Shown here piece by piece: positions 26,832 through 38,848 of a stretch of 43,676 nucleotides of DNA. Every line of letters begins with the position of its first letter. Position 1 is the first letter of the stretch. The position numbers were made by a program, and so were the translations under genes. The notes beneath the pieces are model-generated. The model was not told the DNA's origin. It ran no database searches and worked only from the letters and a program-made list of their open reading frames with translations. Source of the stretch: Clostridiales bacterium. GTDB taxonomy: Bacteria; Bacillota; Clostridia; Lachnospirales; Lachnospiraceae. Location of the stretch: NCBI GenBank assembly GCA_012518975.1, contig JAAYRC010000034.1, forward strand, positions 1-43,676, read 5' to 3'.

Positions 26832-29800
26832 ATGGATATAAACAAAATGCATCCAGTCAAAGTTGGTAATAACATTAGAATGAGTTACTCCAAGCAGAAA
26901 GAAGTGCTGGAGATGCCTAATCTAATTGAGGTTCAAAAGGATTCCTATCAATGGTTCCTAAATGACGGACTAAAAGAAGTCTTTAATGATATTTCTCCAA
27001 TTACAGATTACGGCGGAAACTTGAGTCTGGAATTTGTAGACTTTGTATTATGTGAGGATGACATTAAATATACAATCGAAGAATGTAAGGAAAGAGATGC
27101 AACCTATGCAGCTCCCTTAAAAGTAAAGGTTAGGCTCCATAATAAGGAGAATAACGAGATAAATGAGCATGACATATTCATGGGCGATTTGCCATTAATG
27201 ACCGAGACAGGCACCTTTGTTATAAACGGTGCAGAGAGGGTTATTGTTAGCCAGTTGGTACGTTCACCCAGTATATATTATGCAGTAGATCATGATAAGC
27301 TTGGTAAGAAATTGTTTTCAGCCACAGTTATTCCTAATAGAGGTGCATGGCTAGAATATGAGACAGATTCTAATGATGTCTTTTATGTAAGAGTAGATCG
27401 TAATAGAAAGGTTCCTATTACGACATTTATTAGAGCTCTAGGCTATGGTACTAACGAAGAGATAAAGCAACTATTTGGTGAGGAGCCTAAGATTTTAGCA
27501 AGCTTAGCTAAGGATCCAAGTACTGCAAAGGACCCATCTGGAAGTTATCAGGATGGTCTATTAGAGCTGTACAAAAAGCTTCGTCCAGGTGAACCTTTAG
27601 CTGTGGAGAATGCGGAATCCTTGTTAAATAGTATGTTCTTTGATCCAAGAAGATACGATTTGGCAAAGGTTGGTCGCTATAAATTTAATAAAAAGTTATC
27701 ATATCATAACCGTATCGTCGGCTTTGTTTTGGCTGAGGATGTTGTTGATAAATCAACTGGTGAAATACTAGCTGAGGCCGGTAGTGAGGTTACTAATGAG
27801 ATGGCAATTCTTATACAAGATGCCGCAATACCTTCGGTTATGGTACAAACTGAAGAGAGAAATGTGAAGGTTATTTCCAATATGATGGTTAACCTTTCTT
27901 ACTATGTGCCTGAAATTAGTGTGGCAGAGAAGAAGTCTATGGGTATCTCTGAGAATATATATTACCCAGTACTAAAGAAAATATTAGAGGATAATACTTC
28001 TATTGATGATATCAGACAAGCAATTAGAAAAAATATTAGTGAACTTATTCCTAAGCATATAACCAAGGAAGATATAATTGCTTCTATTAATTACAATATT
28101 AATCTTGAGTATAATATAGGTAATATAGATGATATTGATCATTTGGGTAATAGAAGAATCCGTGCGGTTGGAGAGCTTTTACAAAATCAATATCGCATAG
28201 GATTATCAAGAATGGAACGTGTGGTAAGAGAAAGAATGACCACTCAGGATATAGAGGGTATCAGTCCTCAATCATTGATAAATATTAAGCCTGTGACAGC
28301 ATCTGTTAAAGAGTTCTTTGGAAGCTCACAGCTATCACAGTTTATGGACCAGCATAACCCCTTGGGAGAGCTTACCCATAAAAGACGTCTTTCTGCACTG
28401 GGGCCTGGAGGTTTGTCCCGTGATAGAGCGGGCTTTGAGGTTCGTGATGTTCATTATTCCCATTATGGAAGAATGTGTCCTGTAGAGACCCCAGAGGGTC
28501 CTAACATTGGACTTATTAACTCCCTTGCTACCTATGCAAGGATTAATGAATATGGCTTTATTGAATCACCTTATCGTATGGTAGATAAAGAAGATCCAAA
28601 TAACCCCAAGGTTACTGATGAGGTTATCTATTTGACAGCGGATGAAGAAGATAAATATATAGTTGCACAAGCAAACGCTGAGCTTGATAAGGATGGTTAT
28701 TTTATTGGCAATAGTATATCTGGTCGCTATAAACAGGAGTACTCCCAATATGAGAAGCAGAAATTAGACCTGATGGATGTATCACCTAAGATGGTGTTTT
28801 CTGTAGCTACTGCCCTTATTCCTTTCTTGGAGAACGATGATGCAAACCGTGCCCTTATGGGTGCTAACATGCAGCGTCAGGCAGTTCCTCTACTTGTAAC
28901 GGAAGCCCCTGTAGTAGGTACAGGTATAGAAGCAAAGGCAGCTATTGACTCTGGTGTGTGTGTACTTGCTAAAAAAGCTGGAGTTGTTGAAAAGGTTACT
29001 GCCAAGGAAATAGTTATAAAGCATGAGGATGGTTCAAAGCAGAATTACCGCTTGCTTAAATTTGCCAAGAGTAACCAGGGTACCTGTATCAATCAGAGAC
29101 CAGTAGTAAAATGGGGGGATCAAATTGAGGAGGGCCAGATAATTGCAGACGGTCCATCTACCTCAAAGGGAGAGTTAGCCCTAGGAAAGAACCCACTTAT
29201 AGGCTTCATGACATGGGAAGGTTATAACTACGAGGACGCTGTACTACTTAGTGAGCGCCTAGTTCAGGAGGATGTATATACATCTATCCATATAGAGGAA
29301 TATGAGGCAGAGGCAAGAGATACAAAGCTTGGACCTGAGGAAATAACAAGGGATGTACCTGGTGTAGGAGATGATGCACTGAAGGACCTTGATGAAAGAG
29401 GCATAATACGTATAGGTGCGGAGGTTCGTGCTGGTGACATTCTTGTTGGTAAGGTTACACCTAAGGGCGAGACAGAACTTACTGCAGAGGAACGTCTTCT
29501 TAGAGCTATTTTTGGAGAAAAGGCAAGAGAGGTAAGAGATACATCGCTTAGAGTGCCTCATGGTGAATACGGTATTATAGTTGATGCAAAGGTATTTACC
29601 AGAGAAAATGGAGATGAATTATCTCCTGGAGTAAATGAAACTGTTCGTGTATATATAGCACAAAAAAGAAAGATTCAGGTTGGTGACAAGATGGCAGGTC
29701 GCCATGGTAATAAGGGTGTTGTATCCCGTATTTTACCAGTAGAGGATATGCCGTTTCTACCTAATGGTAGACCTTTGGATATAGTGTTAAATCCTTTGGG

Positions 29801-30755
29801 CGTGCCTTCACGTATGAATATCGGACAGGTGCTTGAGATTCATTTATCCTTAGCGGCGAAAGTTTTGAATATAGATATAGCTACTCCTGTATTTGATGGA
29901 GCCAATGAGTTTGACATTATGCACACATTGGAGATAGCCAATGACTTCGCTAATTTAAGTTGGGATGATTTTGAATTAAAATATAAGGATGAGATAGATG
30001 ACTATCTTCTAGAATATCTGAAAGATCATCATGGAGAGTCTGATGAATGGAAGGGTGTTCCTATTAATAATGATGGAAAGGTAAGACTTCGTGATGGTAG
30101 AACGGGTGAGTATTTTGACCAGCCTGTAACCGTAGGCTTTATGCATTACCTGAAGCTTCATCATTTAGTTGATGATAAGATCCATGCTCGTTCCACTGGA
30201 CCTTATTCTCTAGTAACACAACAGCCTCTAGGTGGTAAGGCACAGTTTGGTGGCCAGAGATTTGGTGAGATGGAGGTTTGGGCACTAGAAGCATATGGAG
30301 CCGCTTATATTCTTCAAGAAATCCTGACAGTTAAATCCGATGATGTTACTGGCCGTGTTAAAACCTATGAAGCAATCATTAAGGGTGAAAATATAAGTGA
30401 ACCTGGTATACCTGAATCCTTTAAGGTTTTATTGAAGGAGCTACAGTCATTAGCCCTGGATGTTACAGTTCTTGACGAATATGGTAATGAGGTTATGATG
30501 ACAGAGAGTGGCGACTATAATGATTCTGATATGACCCAGCTTATTGAAGGGGAAAACAACTTCAGATATGATGAGGGTTATGAAAATGCTGGTTTCACTA
30601 AGACAAGCGGCGAAGATATAGTTGGTGATATTTTTGATATCTACGAAGAAGATTCGGAAGGCATAGATAAAACTGGTAATATGGAAGAGGACCAGGACTC
30701 TGATGATCTTGTTGTTGAAAACGACGACGACATGGAAGAGGACGATCTTGACTAA
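26832..30755 (+). CDS. rpoB: DNA-directed RNA polymerase subunit beta
   Basis: [44 protein letters not shown] and [13 protein letters not shown], with an acidic tail. ATG at 26832 follows AAGGGGTGA. Confidence 0.99.
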   Translation: MDINKMHPVKVGNNIRMSYSKQKEVLEMPNLIEVQKDSYQWFLNDGLKEVFNDISPITDYGGNLSLEFVDFVLCEDDIKYTIEECKERDATYAAPLKVKVRLHNKENNEINEHDIFMGDLPLMTETGTFVINGAERVIVSQLVRSPSIYYAVDHDKLGKKLFSATVIPNRGAWLEYETDSNDVFYVRVDRNRKVPITTFIRALGYGTNEEIKQLFGEEPKILASLAKDPSTAKDPSGSYQDGLLELYKKLRPGEPLAVENAESLLNSMFFDPRRYDLAKVGRYKFNKKLSYHNRIVGFVLAEDVVDKSTGEILAEAGSEVTNEMAILIQDAAIPSVMVQTEERNVKVISNMMVNLSYYVPEISVAEKKSMGISENIYYPVLKKILEDNTSIDDIRQAIRKNISELIPKHITKEDIIASINYNINLEYNIGNIDDIDHLGNRRIRAVGELLQNQYRIGLSRMERVVRERMTTQDIEGISPQSLINIKPVTASVKEFFGSSQLSQFMDQHNPLGELTHKRRLSALGPGGLSRDRAGFEVRDVHYSHYGRMCPVETPEGPNIGLINSLATYARINEYGFIESPYRMVDKEDPNNPKVTDEVIYLTADEEDKYIVAQANAELDKDGYFIGNSISGRYKQEYSQYEKQKLDLMDVSPKMVFSVATALIPFLENDDANRALMGANMQRQAVPLLVTEAPVVGTGIEAKAAIDSGVCVLAKKAGVVEKVTAKEIVIKHEDGSKQNYRLLKFAKSNQGTCINQRPVVKWGDQIEEGQIIADGPSTSKGELALGKNPLIGFMTWEGYNYEDAVLLSERLVQEDVYTSIHIEEYEAEARDTKLGPEEITRDVPGVGDDALKDLDERGIIRIGAEVRAGDILVGKVTPKGETELTAEERLLRAIFGEKAREVRDTSLRVPHGEYGIIVDAKVFTRENGDELSPGVNETVRVYIAQKRKIQVGDKMAGRHGNKGVVSRILPVEDMPFLPNGRPLDIVLNPLGVPSRMNIGQVLEIHLSLAAKVLNIDIATPVFDGANEFDIMHTLEIANDFANLSWDDFELKYKDEIDDYLLEYLKDHHGESDEWKGVPINNDGKVRLRDGRTGEYFDQPVTVGFMHYLKLHHLVDDKIHARSTGPYSLVTQQPLGGKAQFGGQRFGEMEVWALEAYGAAYILQEILTVKSDDVTGRVKTYEAIIKGENISEPGIPESFKVLLKELQSLALDVTVLDEYGNEVMMTESGDYNDSDMTQLIEGENNFRYDEGYENAGFTKTSGEDIVGDIFDIYEEDSEGIDKTGNMEEDQDSDDLVVENDDDMEEDDLD

Positions 30756-30813
30756 TATATTACCGTTAGAAATCTTAGTATCAAATGCAGAATAACGAAG
30801 GGAGAGCCAAAGA

Positions 30814-33800
30814 ATGCCTGAAATGATGTATAGCAGTGAGCAGGAGGTAACCTATGATGCAATTAAGATTGGTCTTGCCTCACCGGAGAAAATTAGGGAA
30901 TGGTCGAAAGGGGAAGTAAGAAAGCCTGAGACAATTAACTACAGAACCTTAAAGCCGGAAAAAGACGGTTTGTTCTGCGAAAGAATTTTCGGTCCAAGTA
31001 AGGATTGGGAATGTCATTGTGGAAAATATAAAAAGATTAGATATAAAGGTGTGGTTTGTGATCGTTGTGGAGTTGAGGTTACAAAGGCTAGTGTCCGACG
31101 GGAAAGAATGGGACATATTGAGTTGGCCGCACCAGTATCCCATATTTGGTATTTTAAAGGAATACCAAGCCGTATGGGACTGCTTCTTGACTTATCACCA
31201 AGAACCTTAGAGAAAGTACTTTACTTTGCTTCTTATATAGTTCTTGATAGTGGAAGTACTAATCTGCAATATAAGCAGGTACTTACTGAGAGGGAGAAGC
31301 TTGAAGCAATTGAAAGTTTTGGTTCATCTAGCTTTCGGATAGGTATGGGGGCAGAAGCCATTCAAGAGCTTCTAAGAAATATAGATTTAGAAAAAGAATC
31401 CAAGGAACTTAAAAAGGCTCTTAAGGATTCCACTGGTCAAAAGCGTGCGAGGATTATTAAGCGACTAGAAGTAGTAGAGGCCTTCCGCGAATCTGGTAAT
31501 AAGCCAGAGTGGTTGATTTTAACAGTTATTCCGGTTATTCCACCAGACCTAAGACCAATGGTTCAGCTTGATGGTGGACGGTTCGCTACTTCAGACATGA
31601 ATGATCTTTATCGCAGAATTATTAATCGTAATAATCGATTAAAGAGACTACTTGAGCTAGGAGCACCTGACATTATTGTTCGTAATGAGAAGAGGATGCT
31701 TCAGGAGGCAGTAGATGCATTAATAGATAATGGTAGAAGAGGAAGACCTGTAACAGGCCCTGGTAACCGTGCTTTAAAATCCTTGTCTGATATGTTAAAG
31801 GGTAAGCAGGGACGTTTCCGTCAGAATCTACTTGGTAAACGAGTGGATTATTCGGGTCGTTCAGTTATCGTAGTTGGTCCTGAACTAAAGATTTATCAGT
31901 GCGGACTGCCCAAGGAGATGGCTATAGAGCTATTCAAGCCCTTCGTTATGAAGGAACTTGTAGGCAGAGGTACTGCTCATAATATAAAGTCAGCAAAAAA
32001 GATGGTAGAAAGGCTACAGCCTGAGGTCTGGGATGTATTAGAGGATGTTATTAAAGAGCACCCAGTTATGTTAAACCGTGCTCCTACCCTCCATAGACTT
32101 GGTATCCAGGCATTTGAGCCTGTACTTGTAGAGGGTAAGGCTATTAAGCTTCACCCCTTGGTATGTACTGCATATAACGCAGACTTTGATGGTGACCAAA
32201 TGGCTGTGCATTTACCCTTATCAGTGGAAGCACAGGCAGAATGTAGGTTCCTTCTACTTTCACCAAACAATTTATTAAAACCATCAGATGGGGCTCCTGT
32301 TACTGTTCCTTCACAAGATATGGTTCTTGGTATTTATTATTTAACCATTGAGAAGGAAAATGAATCTGCAGTAGTGCAGACCTTTAAGAGTCCTGATGAA
32401 GCAATAATGGCATTTGAGAAAAAACTTATATCCATTAACGATATAATTAAAGTTACTATCAAAGAAAACAAAGAGGAAAAAAGGGAAATAAAAACAAGTG
32501 TAGAAAGGCTATTAGAAAAGAACTACACAGAGATAATTCCCTCCTTTAAAAATGTTGATGAAGCAATAATATCCCATGAAAATAAGACCATTACACTGCA
32601 TGAGCCTATTGATGTTAGAATGACTGGAATTAACAGTGAGGGTCTAGTAGAATCACGTATAATTAGGTCTACTTTGGGAAGGTTTATTTTCAATGAAATA
32701 ATTCCTCAGGATCTAGGTTTTGTTGACCGTAGTAATCCAGATAATTTCCTTGAGCTTGAGATCAACTTCCTTGTTGGGAAAAAACAGCTTAAACCAATTT
32801 TAGAAAGATGTATTAATATACATGGTGCAACACAGACAGCAGAGCTTCTGGATGCGGTTAAGGCACTAGGTTATAAATATGCTACACAGGCAGCCTTTAC
32901 TGTATCTATATCAGATATGAAGGTTCCTAGTGAAAAGAAGGAAATTTTATCTGAAGCCGAGGAAACCATAGAAAACATTACAAGAGAGTATAGACGAGGT
33001 AGGATGACAGAGGAAGAACGTTACAATGCTGTTATCAATACTTGGAAGGAAGCTGATAATCACTTAACCGATACTCTGCTTTCCGGACTAGATAGCTTCA
33101 ATAATATTAGGATGATGTCAGATTCAGGTGCTCGTGGTTCTGATAAGCAGATTAAGCAGCTAGCAGGTATGCGTGGCTTGATGGCAGATACATCAGGTCG
33201 TACCATTGAGCTACCAATCAAATCAAATCTTCGAGAGGGACTTGATGTTTTAGAGTACTTTATATCTGCCCATGGAGCAAGAAAGGGTCTTTCAGATACT
33301 GCTCTTAGAACGGCTGACTCAGGATACCTTACCCGTCGTCTGGTTGACGTAGCCCAGGATTTAATTATCAGAGAACTGGATTGTTGTGCAAACCAAGAAG
33401 AAATTGTTGGTATGGTTGTAAAGGCCTTTACAGACGGTAATGAGGTTATAGAAGGTCTTGAGGAGAGAATTACAGGAAGAAATGCCGGAGAGACTATAAC
33501 TGACGCAGATGGCAATGTTATTGTTAAGGCTAATCATATGATTACACCTAATCGTGCTGCTAAGATAATGGCAACCGGTAGAGATAGGGTAAAGATACGT
33601 ACTATTTTGACATGTAAATCCCATTTGGGAGTATGTGCAAAATGCTATGGTACTAATATGGCTACTGGTGAAGCCGTACAGGTTGGTGAGGCAGTAGGTA
33701 TAATAGCGGCCCAGTCCATTGGTGAGCCAGGAACACAGCTTACTATGCGTACTTTCCATACCGGTGGTGTGGCTGGTGATGATATTACCCAGGGTCTTCC

Positions 33801-34836
33801 CCGTGTTGAGGAGTTGTTTGAGGCCAGAAAACCTAAGGGATTAGCAATTATAGCAGAATTTGGCGGTACAGTATCAATTAAGGATACAAAGAAGAAAAGA
33901 GAAGTGGTTGTAACAAATAGTGAAACCATGGAATCAAAAGCCTATCTTATCCCTTACGGATCAAGAATAAAAGTTTCAGAAGGAGATGTTATTGAGGCTG
34001 GTGATGAGCTGACCGAAGGTAGCGTTAATCCTCATGATATACTTAAGATAAAAGGTGTCCGTGCTGTTCAAGACTATATGATACAAGAGGTTCAAAGAGT
34101 GTATCGTTTACAAGGTGTTGAGATAAATGACAAGCATATTGAGGTTATAGTACGTCAAATGCTTAAAAAGATTCGTATTGAGTCCAATGGTGATACGAGC
34201 TTCTTACCAGGTGCCTTAGTAGATAGCCTTGAATATAATGATGAAAATGAAAGAATGCTTGAACAGGGACTTGAGCCTGCAGAAGGTAAGCAGGTAATGC
34301 TTGGTATTACAAAGGCATCCCTGGCAACTAATTCATTCCTTTCTGCTGCATCATTCCAGGAGACAACAAAGGTATTGACAGAGGCGGCAATTAAGGGTAA
34401 AGTTGACCCCTTAATTGGACTGAAGGAAAATGTTATTATAGGAAAACTGATTCCGGCTGGAACTGGTATGAAAAGATATCGTTCTGTTAAGTTAGATACT
34501 GAGATCCAGGAGGAGTATTTGTCTGATGACATGTACGGTGGAGGATATTCTGATGACTTTGATACATTTGAATATCCAGAGGGCTCCTATAACGAAGGAG
34601 AGTATTATCAAGAAGGTTATGATGGCTATCAAGCTGGATACCAAGAAGGATATCAGAATTATGTAGGTTATGACGAGGGTGGAAACTATCAGGAAGGCCA
34701 TGTTGAAGCTTCTCAAAACCTATATGCAAGTGCTCATATATCCCAAGGTGAGGAAACCCATAACGACGGTGACTATACTGAAACAGAATTTAATTTACAG
34801 GGCATAGATGAAGATGATTATAGCGATGATCTATAA
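30814..34836 (+). CDS. rpoC: DNA-directed RNA polymerase subunit beta-prime
   Basis: Catalytic [11 protein letters not shown]-terminal Zn finger, [16 protein letters not shown] and [17 protein letters not shown]. Confidence 0.99.
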   Translation: MPEMMYSSEQEVTYDAIKIGLASPEKIREWSKGEVRKPETINYRTLKPEKDGLFCERIFGPSKDWECHCGKYKKIRYKGVVCDRCGVEVTKASVRRERMGHIELAAPVSHIWYFKGIPSRMGLLLDLSPRTLEKVLYFASYIVLDSGSTNLQYKQVLTEREKLEAIESFGSSSFRIGMGAEAIQELLRNIDLEKESKELKKALKDSTGQKRARIIKRLEVVEAFRESGNKPEWLILTVIPVIPPDLRPMVQLDGGRFATSDMNDLYRRIINRNNRLKRLLELGAPDIIVRNEKRMLQEAVDALIDNGRRGRPVTGPGNRALKSLSDMLKGKQGRFRQNLLGKRVDYSGRSVIVVGPELKIYQCGLPKEMAIELFKPFVMKELVGRGTAHNIKSAKKMVERLQPEVWDVLEDVIKEHPVMLNRAPTLHRLGIQAFEPVLVEGKAIKLHPLVCTAYNADFDGDQMAVHLPLSVEAQAECRFLLLSPNNLLKPSDGAPVTVPSQDMVLGIYYLTIEKENESAVVQTFKSPDEAIMAFEKKLISINDIIKVTIKENKEEKREIKTSVERLLEKNYTEIIPSFKNVDEAIISHENKTITLHEPIDVRMTGINSEGLVESRIIRSTLGRFIFNEIIPQDLGFVDRSNPDNFLELEINFLVGKKQLKPILERCINIHGATQTAELLDAVKALGYKYATQAAFTVSISDMKVPSEKKEILSEAEETIENITREYRRGRMTEEERYNAVINTWKEADNHLTDTLLSGLDSFNNIRMMSDSGARGSDKQIKQLAGMRGLMADTSGRTIELPIKSNLREGLDVLEYFISAHGARKGLSDTALRTADSGYLTRRLVDVAQDLIIRELDCCANQEEIVGMVVKAFTDGNEVIEGLEERITGRNAGETITDADGNVIVKANHMITPNRAAKIMATGRDRVKIRTILTCKSHLGVCAKCYGTNMATGEAVQVGEAVGIIAAQSIGEPGTQLTMRTFHTGGVAGDDITQGLPRVEELFEARKPKGLAIIAEFGGTVSIKDTKKKREVVVTNSETMESKAYLIPYGSRIKVSEGDVIEAGDELTEGSVNPHDILKIKGVRAVQDYMIQEVQRVYRLQGVEINDKHIEVIVRQMLKKIRIESNGDTSFLPGALVDSLEYNDENERMLEQGLEPAEGKQVMLGITKASLATNSFLSAASFQETTKVLTEAAIKGKVDPLIGLKENVIIGKLIPAGTGMKRYRSVKLDTEIQEEYLSDDMYGGGYSDDFDTFEYPEGSYNEGEYYQEGYDGYQAGYQEGYQNYVGYDEGGNYQEGHVEASQNLYASAHISQGEETHNDGDYTETEFNLQGIDEDDYSDDL
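34573..34698 (+). repeat. Degenerate Y-x-(E)-G codon repeats in the rpoC tail
   Basis: [37 protein letters not shown]; DNA unit about TAYCARGAAGGN. Confidence 0.85.
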
Positions 34837-34856
34837 TAGTCCAAGTATGTACTTTT

Positions 34857-34912
34857 GATTGGGAAGAGGAGCGAAGGGGCGGGGGAGAGCCTCTAGGCTC
34901 CTCTTTTCAAAT
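34857..34912 (+). terminator. Stem-loop after rpoC
   Basis: GATTGGGAAGAGGAGC / GCTCCTCTTTTCAAATC inverted repeat. Confidence 0.6.
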
Positions 34913-34954
34913 CAGATATAGGTGAGTATAATAATTTATTAAGGAGTATAAGGG

Positions 34955-36667
34955 ATGAAGTATTTAGAAAATTATAAAGAATGGCTGTCAAATCCTTATT
35001 TTGATGTTGATACTAGAAAAGAGTTAGAAGCCCTAAAGGGTAATGATAAGGAAATAAGGGAGAGATTCCATAAGGATCTTGAATTTGGTACTGGTGGACT
35101 AAGAGGTATATTGGGTGCTGGTATTAATCGTATGAATATCTATACGGTTAGAAGGGCTACACAGGGACTTGCCAACTATATAATAAAGCAGAAGGGTGAA
35201 AGCAAGGGTGTTGCTATTGCATATGATTCTAGGAGAATGTCTCCTCAGTTTGCCCTACAGACTGCTCTATGCTTTGCAGCAAACAATATAAAGGCTTATT
35301 TATTTGATTCTCTAAGGCCGACGCCAGAGTTATCTTTCGCAGTCAGAGAACTGGGCTGTATAGCAGGAGTAGTGATAACTGCTAGCCATAATCCACCCGA
35401 ATATAACGGTTATAAGGTTTATTGGGAAGATGGGGCACAGGTTACATCTCCTAAAGATGTGGAGATTATCCGTGAGGTAAATGCAATTAAGGATTTTTCT
35501 CATGCAAAGACCATGTCGGGAGAAGATGCAATGAGGGATGGGCTACTTAGGATTATAGGCCCAGAAATTGATGAAATGTACATAGAGAGCTTAAAAAAAC
35601 AAGTTATTAATCAAATTGATGAGGAAGGAAAACTACTAAATATCGTATATACCCCTCTTCATGGTTCTGGGAATATACCTACACGAAGAATACTTGATGA
35701 ATTAGGTTTTAAAAACCTTTATATTGTAGAGGAGCAAGAACATCCTGATACTGAATTTTCTACAGTTGGTTATCCTAATCCAGAGGACCCTTTGGTATTT
35801 GCCCTTGCTAAGAAGCTGGCAAGCGAGGTTAATGGGGAAATAATTCTGGCCACTGATCCTGATGCTGATCGTCTAGGAGTACAGGTAAGGGATAGCAAGG
35901 GTGACTATGTCCTTTTTAATGGTAACATGACAGGGGCCCTAATTGCTGAGTATGTATTTTCTCAGAGGGCAGCTAAAGGATTACTTTCCAAAAACCCAGC
36001 CCTAATTAAGACTATAGTTACAGGCAATATGGCTGATAGGATTGCAGAAGCATATAATGCAAAGCTTATAGAGGTATTAACAGGATTCAAATATATAGGA
36101 GAAAAAATCAAGCAATTTGAGGAAACAGGGTCTAATGAATTCATATTTGGATATGAAGAAAGCTATGGCTATCTAGTAGGTACCCATTCCAGAGATAAGG
36201 ATGCTATAGTATCGGCTATGATTCTGTGCGAAGCAGCTGCATATTATAAGTCACAGGGTATTAGTTTGTATGAACAGATGGAGAATATCTATAAGAAATA
36301 TGGTTATTACAAAGAGGAAACTGTGTCAGTAACCTTAAAAGGCATTGAAGGAATGGAAAAGATTAAATTTATTATGAATGGCTATCGTAAAAACCCACCT
36401 AAGGATGCTGGAGATTACCAGATTCTCAAATGCAGAGATTACATGGCAGATACAATAACTGATAATCAGACAGGAGAGCTTACAGCTACTGGACTTCCAA
36501 AATCTGATGTCCTTTATTATGAGATGAATGATGATGCCTGGTGTGCTATTAGACCTTCAGGTACAGAGCCAAAGATAAAGTTTTATTTTGGAGTTAAGGG
36601 TGATAGCAGAGAGGATGCAAATGAAAAAATCAAGCGTCTTATGGAAGATGAAGTCTTTAAGATTTAA
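34955..36667 (+). CDS. pgm: Phosphoglucomutase / phosphomannomutase
   Basis: FGTGGLRG, phosphoserine motif TASHNP, metal site DPDADR, GYEESYG and RPSGTEPK. Confidence 0.93.
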   Translation: MKYLENYKEWLSNPYFDVDTRKELEALKGNDKEIRERFHKDLEFGTGGLRGILGAGINRMNIYTVRRATQGLANYIIKQKGESKGVAIAYDSRRMSPQFALQTALCFAANNIKAYLFDSLRPTPELSFAVRELGCIAGVVITASHNPPEYNGYKVYWEDGAQVTSPKDVEIIREVNAIKDFSHAKTMSGEDAMRDGLLRIIGPEIDEMYIESLKKQVINQIDEEGKLLNIVYTPLHGSGNIPTRRILDELGFKNLYIVEEQEHPDTEFSTVGYPNPEDPLVFALAKKLASEVNGEIILATDPDADRLGVQVRDSKGDYVLFNGNMTGALIAEYVFSQRAAKGLLSKNPALIKTIVTGNMADRIAEAYNAKLIEVLTGFKYIGEKIKQFEETGSNEFIFGYEESYGYLVGTHSRDKDAIVSAMILCEAAAYYKSQGISLYEQMENIYKKYGYYKEETVSVTLKGIEGMEKIKFIMNGYRKNPPKDAGDYQILKCRDYMADTITDNQTGELTATGLPKSDVLYYEMNDDAWCAIRPSGTEPKIKFYFGVKGDSREDANEKIKRLMEDEVFKI

Positions 36668-36687
36668 TTTAGTATATATGATATATC

Positions 36688-36726
36688 AAAAAAGCCCTGC
36701 TGCATCTATTGCAACAGGGCTTTTTT
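36688..36726. terminator. Bidirectional terminator between pgm and the ydjI-like gene
   Basis: AAAAAGCCCTGCTGC / GCAACAGGGCTTTTT. Confidence 0.85.
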
Positions 36727-36780
36727 AGGACCTTGTTTTGTAATATAGTACTATGTGTTATCAATAAAAGGCTTTTAAAA

Positions 36781-37752
36781 CTATGCTAGTTTTTGTCCGC
36801 AATTAGGGCAGAAATTAGCTTCTCCGCTTTTTTGGCCACAATTAGGACAGAAGTTTGGCTTTGTCCCCATGTTTTGAGTATTACTGTTTTGATTGCTAGG
36901 ACTTGTTTGTTGATTCATATTCTGCATCATTTGATTGGCTATATTCATTCCCATCATCATACCAGTCATATCTGCTGCAGTGCCACCACTCTTTATCTTG
37001 CCTGATGCAATACCATCGGTCATTTCTACCTGCTGATAACGGCCTACATCTCCAACCATGCTATGAGATGCGTTTTTGTTTATCATTTTCTGAATTTCCT
37101 GAGGGTAGTTAAAGCTCATAATGTTAAAGGCAGTTATAGATAGGCCGCTATCAAATAGCTGCATCCCAAGATCGGTCTTAATTCCATTAGAAATATCAAA
37201 GGAATTAGCTTGGAGATTGAACATATCCTTGCCTTCTTTTGTAATCCATTTCATTAGAAGCTGATCAAGTATTGCCCGGATACGAAGATTAACATCCTCT
37301 ACAAAGTAGCTTTGTCTAACACCAGCAATCTTATCTATAAGCTTGATGTAATCATCAACTTTAAAGGTCACTGTTCCATTAGCCCTGATGGGTAAACCTC
37401 CAGGTAGGGCTGGGGTTGGGATGTTTATGGCGTTTTGTGTGCCCCATTTGGTTATAAACTCTTTAGTATTAATAAATAGGACCTCTGCCCTCATTCCACT
37501 GTTAAATCCGAATTTGAAACCTTTAAGGGTTGATAGGAAGGGAATAATCTGAGATTCGATATCGTAATCTCCCTCATCCTTAAATATACCTTCGATCTTG
37601 CCATTATATAAGAAAATTGCATCCTGACCGGGTCGAATGATTAATCGGCTACCCTTTTTTATTTCCTCATTGCTCCATTTGTAAAAAATCATATCTTCGC
37701 GGAATTCCTTCCACTCAACTACGTTTGCTAACTGTCTTCTAAAAAGTCCCAT
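36781..37752 (-). CDS. SPFH/Band-7-like protein with C-terminal zinc ribbon (YdjI-like)
   Basis: QLANVVEW, GSRLIIRPGQDAIF, PFLSTLKGFKFGF, KWGT and terminal FCPNCG..NFCPNCG. Last gene of a pspA-led four-gene string. Confidence 0.85.
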   Translation of the reverse strand: MGLFRRQLANVVEWKEFREDMIFYKWSNEEIKKGSRLIIRPGQDAIFLYNGKIEGIFKDEGDYDIESQIIPFLSTLKGFKFGFNSGMRAEVLFINTKEFITKWGTQNAINIPTPALPGGLPIRANGTVTFKVDDYIKLIDKIAGVRQSYFVEDVNLRIRAILDQLLMKWITKEGKDMFNLQANSFDISNGIKTDLGMQLFDSGLSITAFNIMSFNYPQEIQKMINKNASHSMVGDVGRYQQVEMTDGIASGKIKSGGTAADMTGMMMGMNIANQMMQNMNQQTSPSNQNSNTQNMGTKPNFCPNCGQKSGEANFCPNCGQKLA

Positions 37753-37837
37753 ATCATACCTCCAAGATATACTTGTTATAGATTTTTCTCATTATTTATA
37801 TAATAGACTAATTTGGCTTGTTTGTATATTTAAATAT

Positions 37838-38848
37838 TTATAGTCTTCTTCCGCCTGAGCTATGAGAGCGTCCTCCGCTAGATCTACCTCCTCTAAAGCC
37901 ACCTGAGCTATAGCCACCTCTACTTCTCCCGCTTCCTCCGCTAGAAGAGCTTTCAGTTGGTCTACGCCTCTTAGTGACCGTTGATCTAATATATATATCA
38001 CTTTTCCCTATAAGTCCAGGACTGTTACTATCTAGATAATCCTTACCACTTGCAGTCATTTTTCCACCTGACTGATAGGCTAATACACCAACAACCAAAC
38101 CACCAATTAAAAGAGAAATAAGCAGCTGGACCCAAAAGTTGAGCAAAATATTATCTTTTTTAGATCCATCTCGGTTTCTAAGTTCCTCTTTTGAGTAGTA
38201 CTGGTCATAATCATATTCGTCGTAGCTGTATTCATTATTAGGATCAAAATCATCTTGTGGTTTATCATAGATGTAATCATGGTCAAAGTTTAATTCAGAA
38301 TCATCTTCCATATAGGCTGCCGATAGGGTAATATAGGTCTTAAAAGCCCTGTAGTATTTACCATCTCTTAGATCATCTTCTACATTATCAAATATTGTGT
38401 CAATTCTCTTGGAATGGATATAGGTTTCGGCAAGGCCATATCCTTCCATAAATATTTCTCCCCTATAGACATCATATAAAAAATATACCCTATCACCTAT
38501 AGGTAGTTGATCCTCAAAATCCTCGATATATTTTTCGGGATAGGTGGATTTTTTATCGTTATGGGTTAAAATAATGATTTCTAGACCGGATGCTTCCCCT
38601 TCTTCTCGACTAAGGGCTTCAAGTTTTTCAATTTCATCAGAGCTAAGGAGGCCAGCCTTATCATAAACACGGTCAATATCTGTATCTGATTCAGTGGATG
38701 AGCTTTTACTTGATGATGCGTATGCTAATCCTTTATTATCTTTTATATATTTATTGCTTGACACAAGGTGAATCATTGATATGAATAATATTAGACAGAC
38801 CAAATATTTACCACTATTCTTTATTATCTTATTTCCTAAGACTACCAT
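37838..38848 (-). CDS. TPM-domain membrane protein with G/S/R-rich tail (YdjH-like)
   Basis: N-terminal hydrophobic segment, VYDKAGLLS..E...L TPM start, a TM helix and an SSGGRSHSSGGR tail. Confidence 0.85.
   Translation of the reverse strand: MVVLGNKIIKNSGKYLVCLILFISMIHLVSSNKYIKDNKGLAYASSSKSSSTESDTDIDRVYDKAGLLSSDEIEKLEALSREEGEASGLEIIILTHNDKKSTYPEKYIEDFEDQLPIGDRVYFLYDVYRGEIFMEGYGLAETYIHSKRIDTIFDNVEDDLRDGKYYRAFKTYITLSAAYMEDDSELNFDHDYIYDKPQDDFDPNNEYSYDEYDYDQYYSKEELRNRDGSKKDNILLNFWVQLLISLLIGGLVVGVLAYQSGGKMTASGKDYLDSNSPGLIGKSDIYIRSTVTKRRRPTESSSSGGSGRSRGGYSSGGFRGGRSSGGRSHSSGGRRL

Noticed and set aside
30510-30755. Acidic RpoB tail as a novelty in its own right
   Set aside because: Acidic C-terminal extensions are common in clostridial RpoB and this one shows no clear repeat unit.
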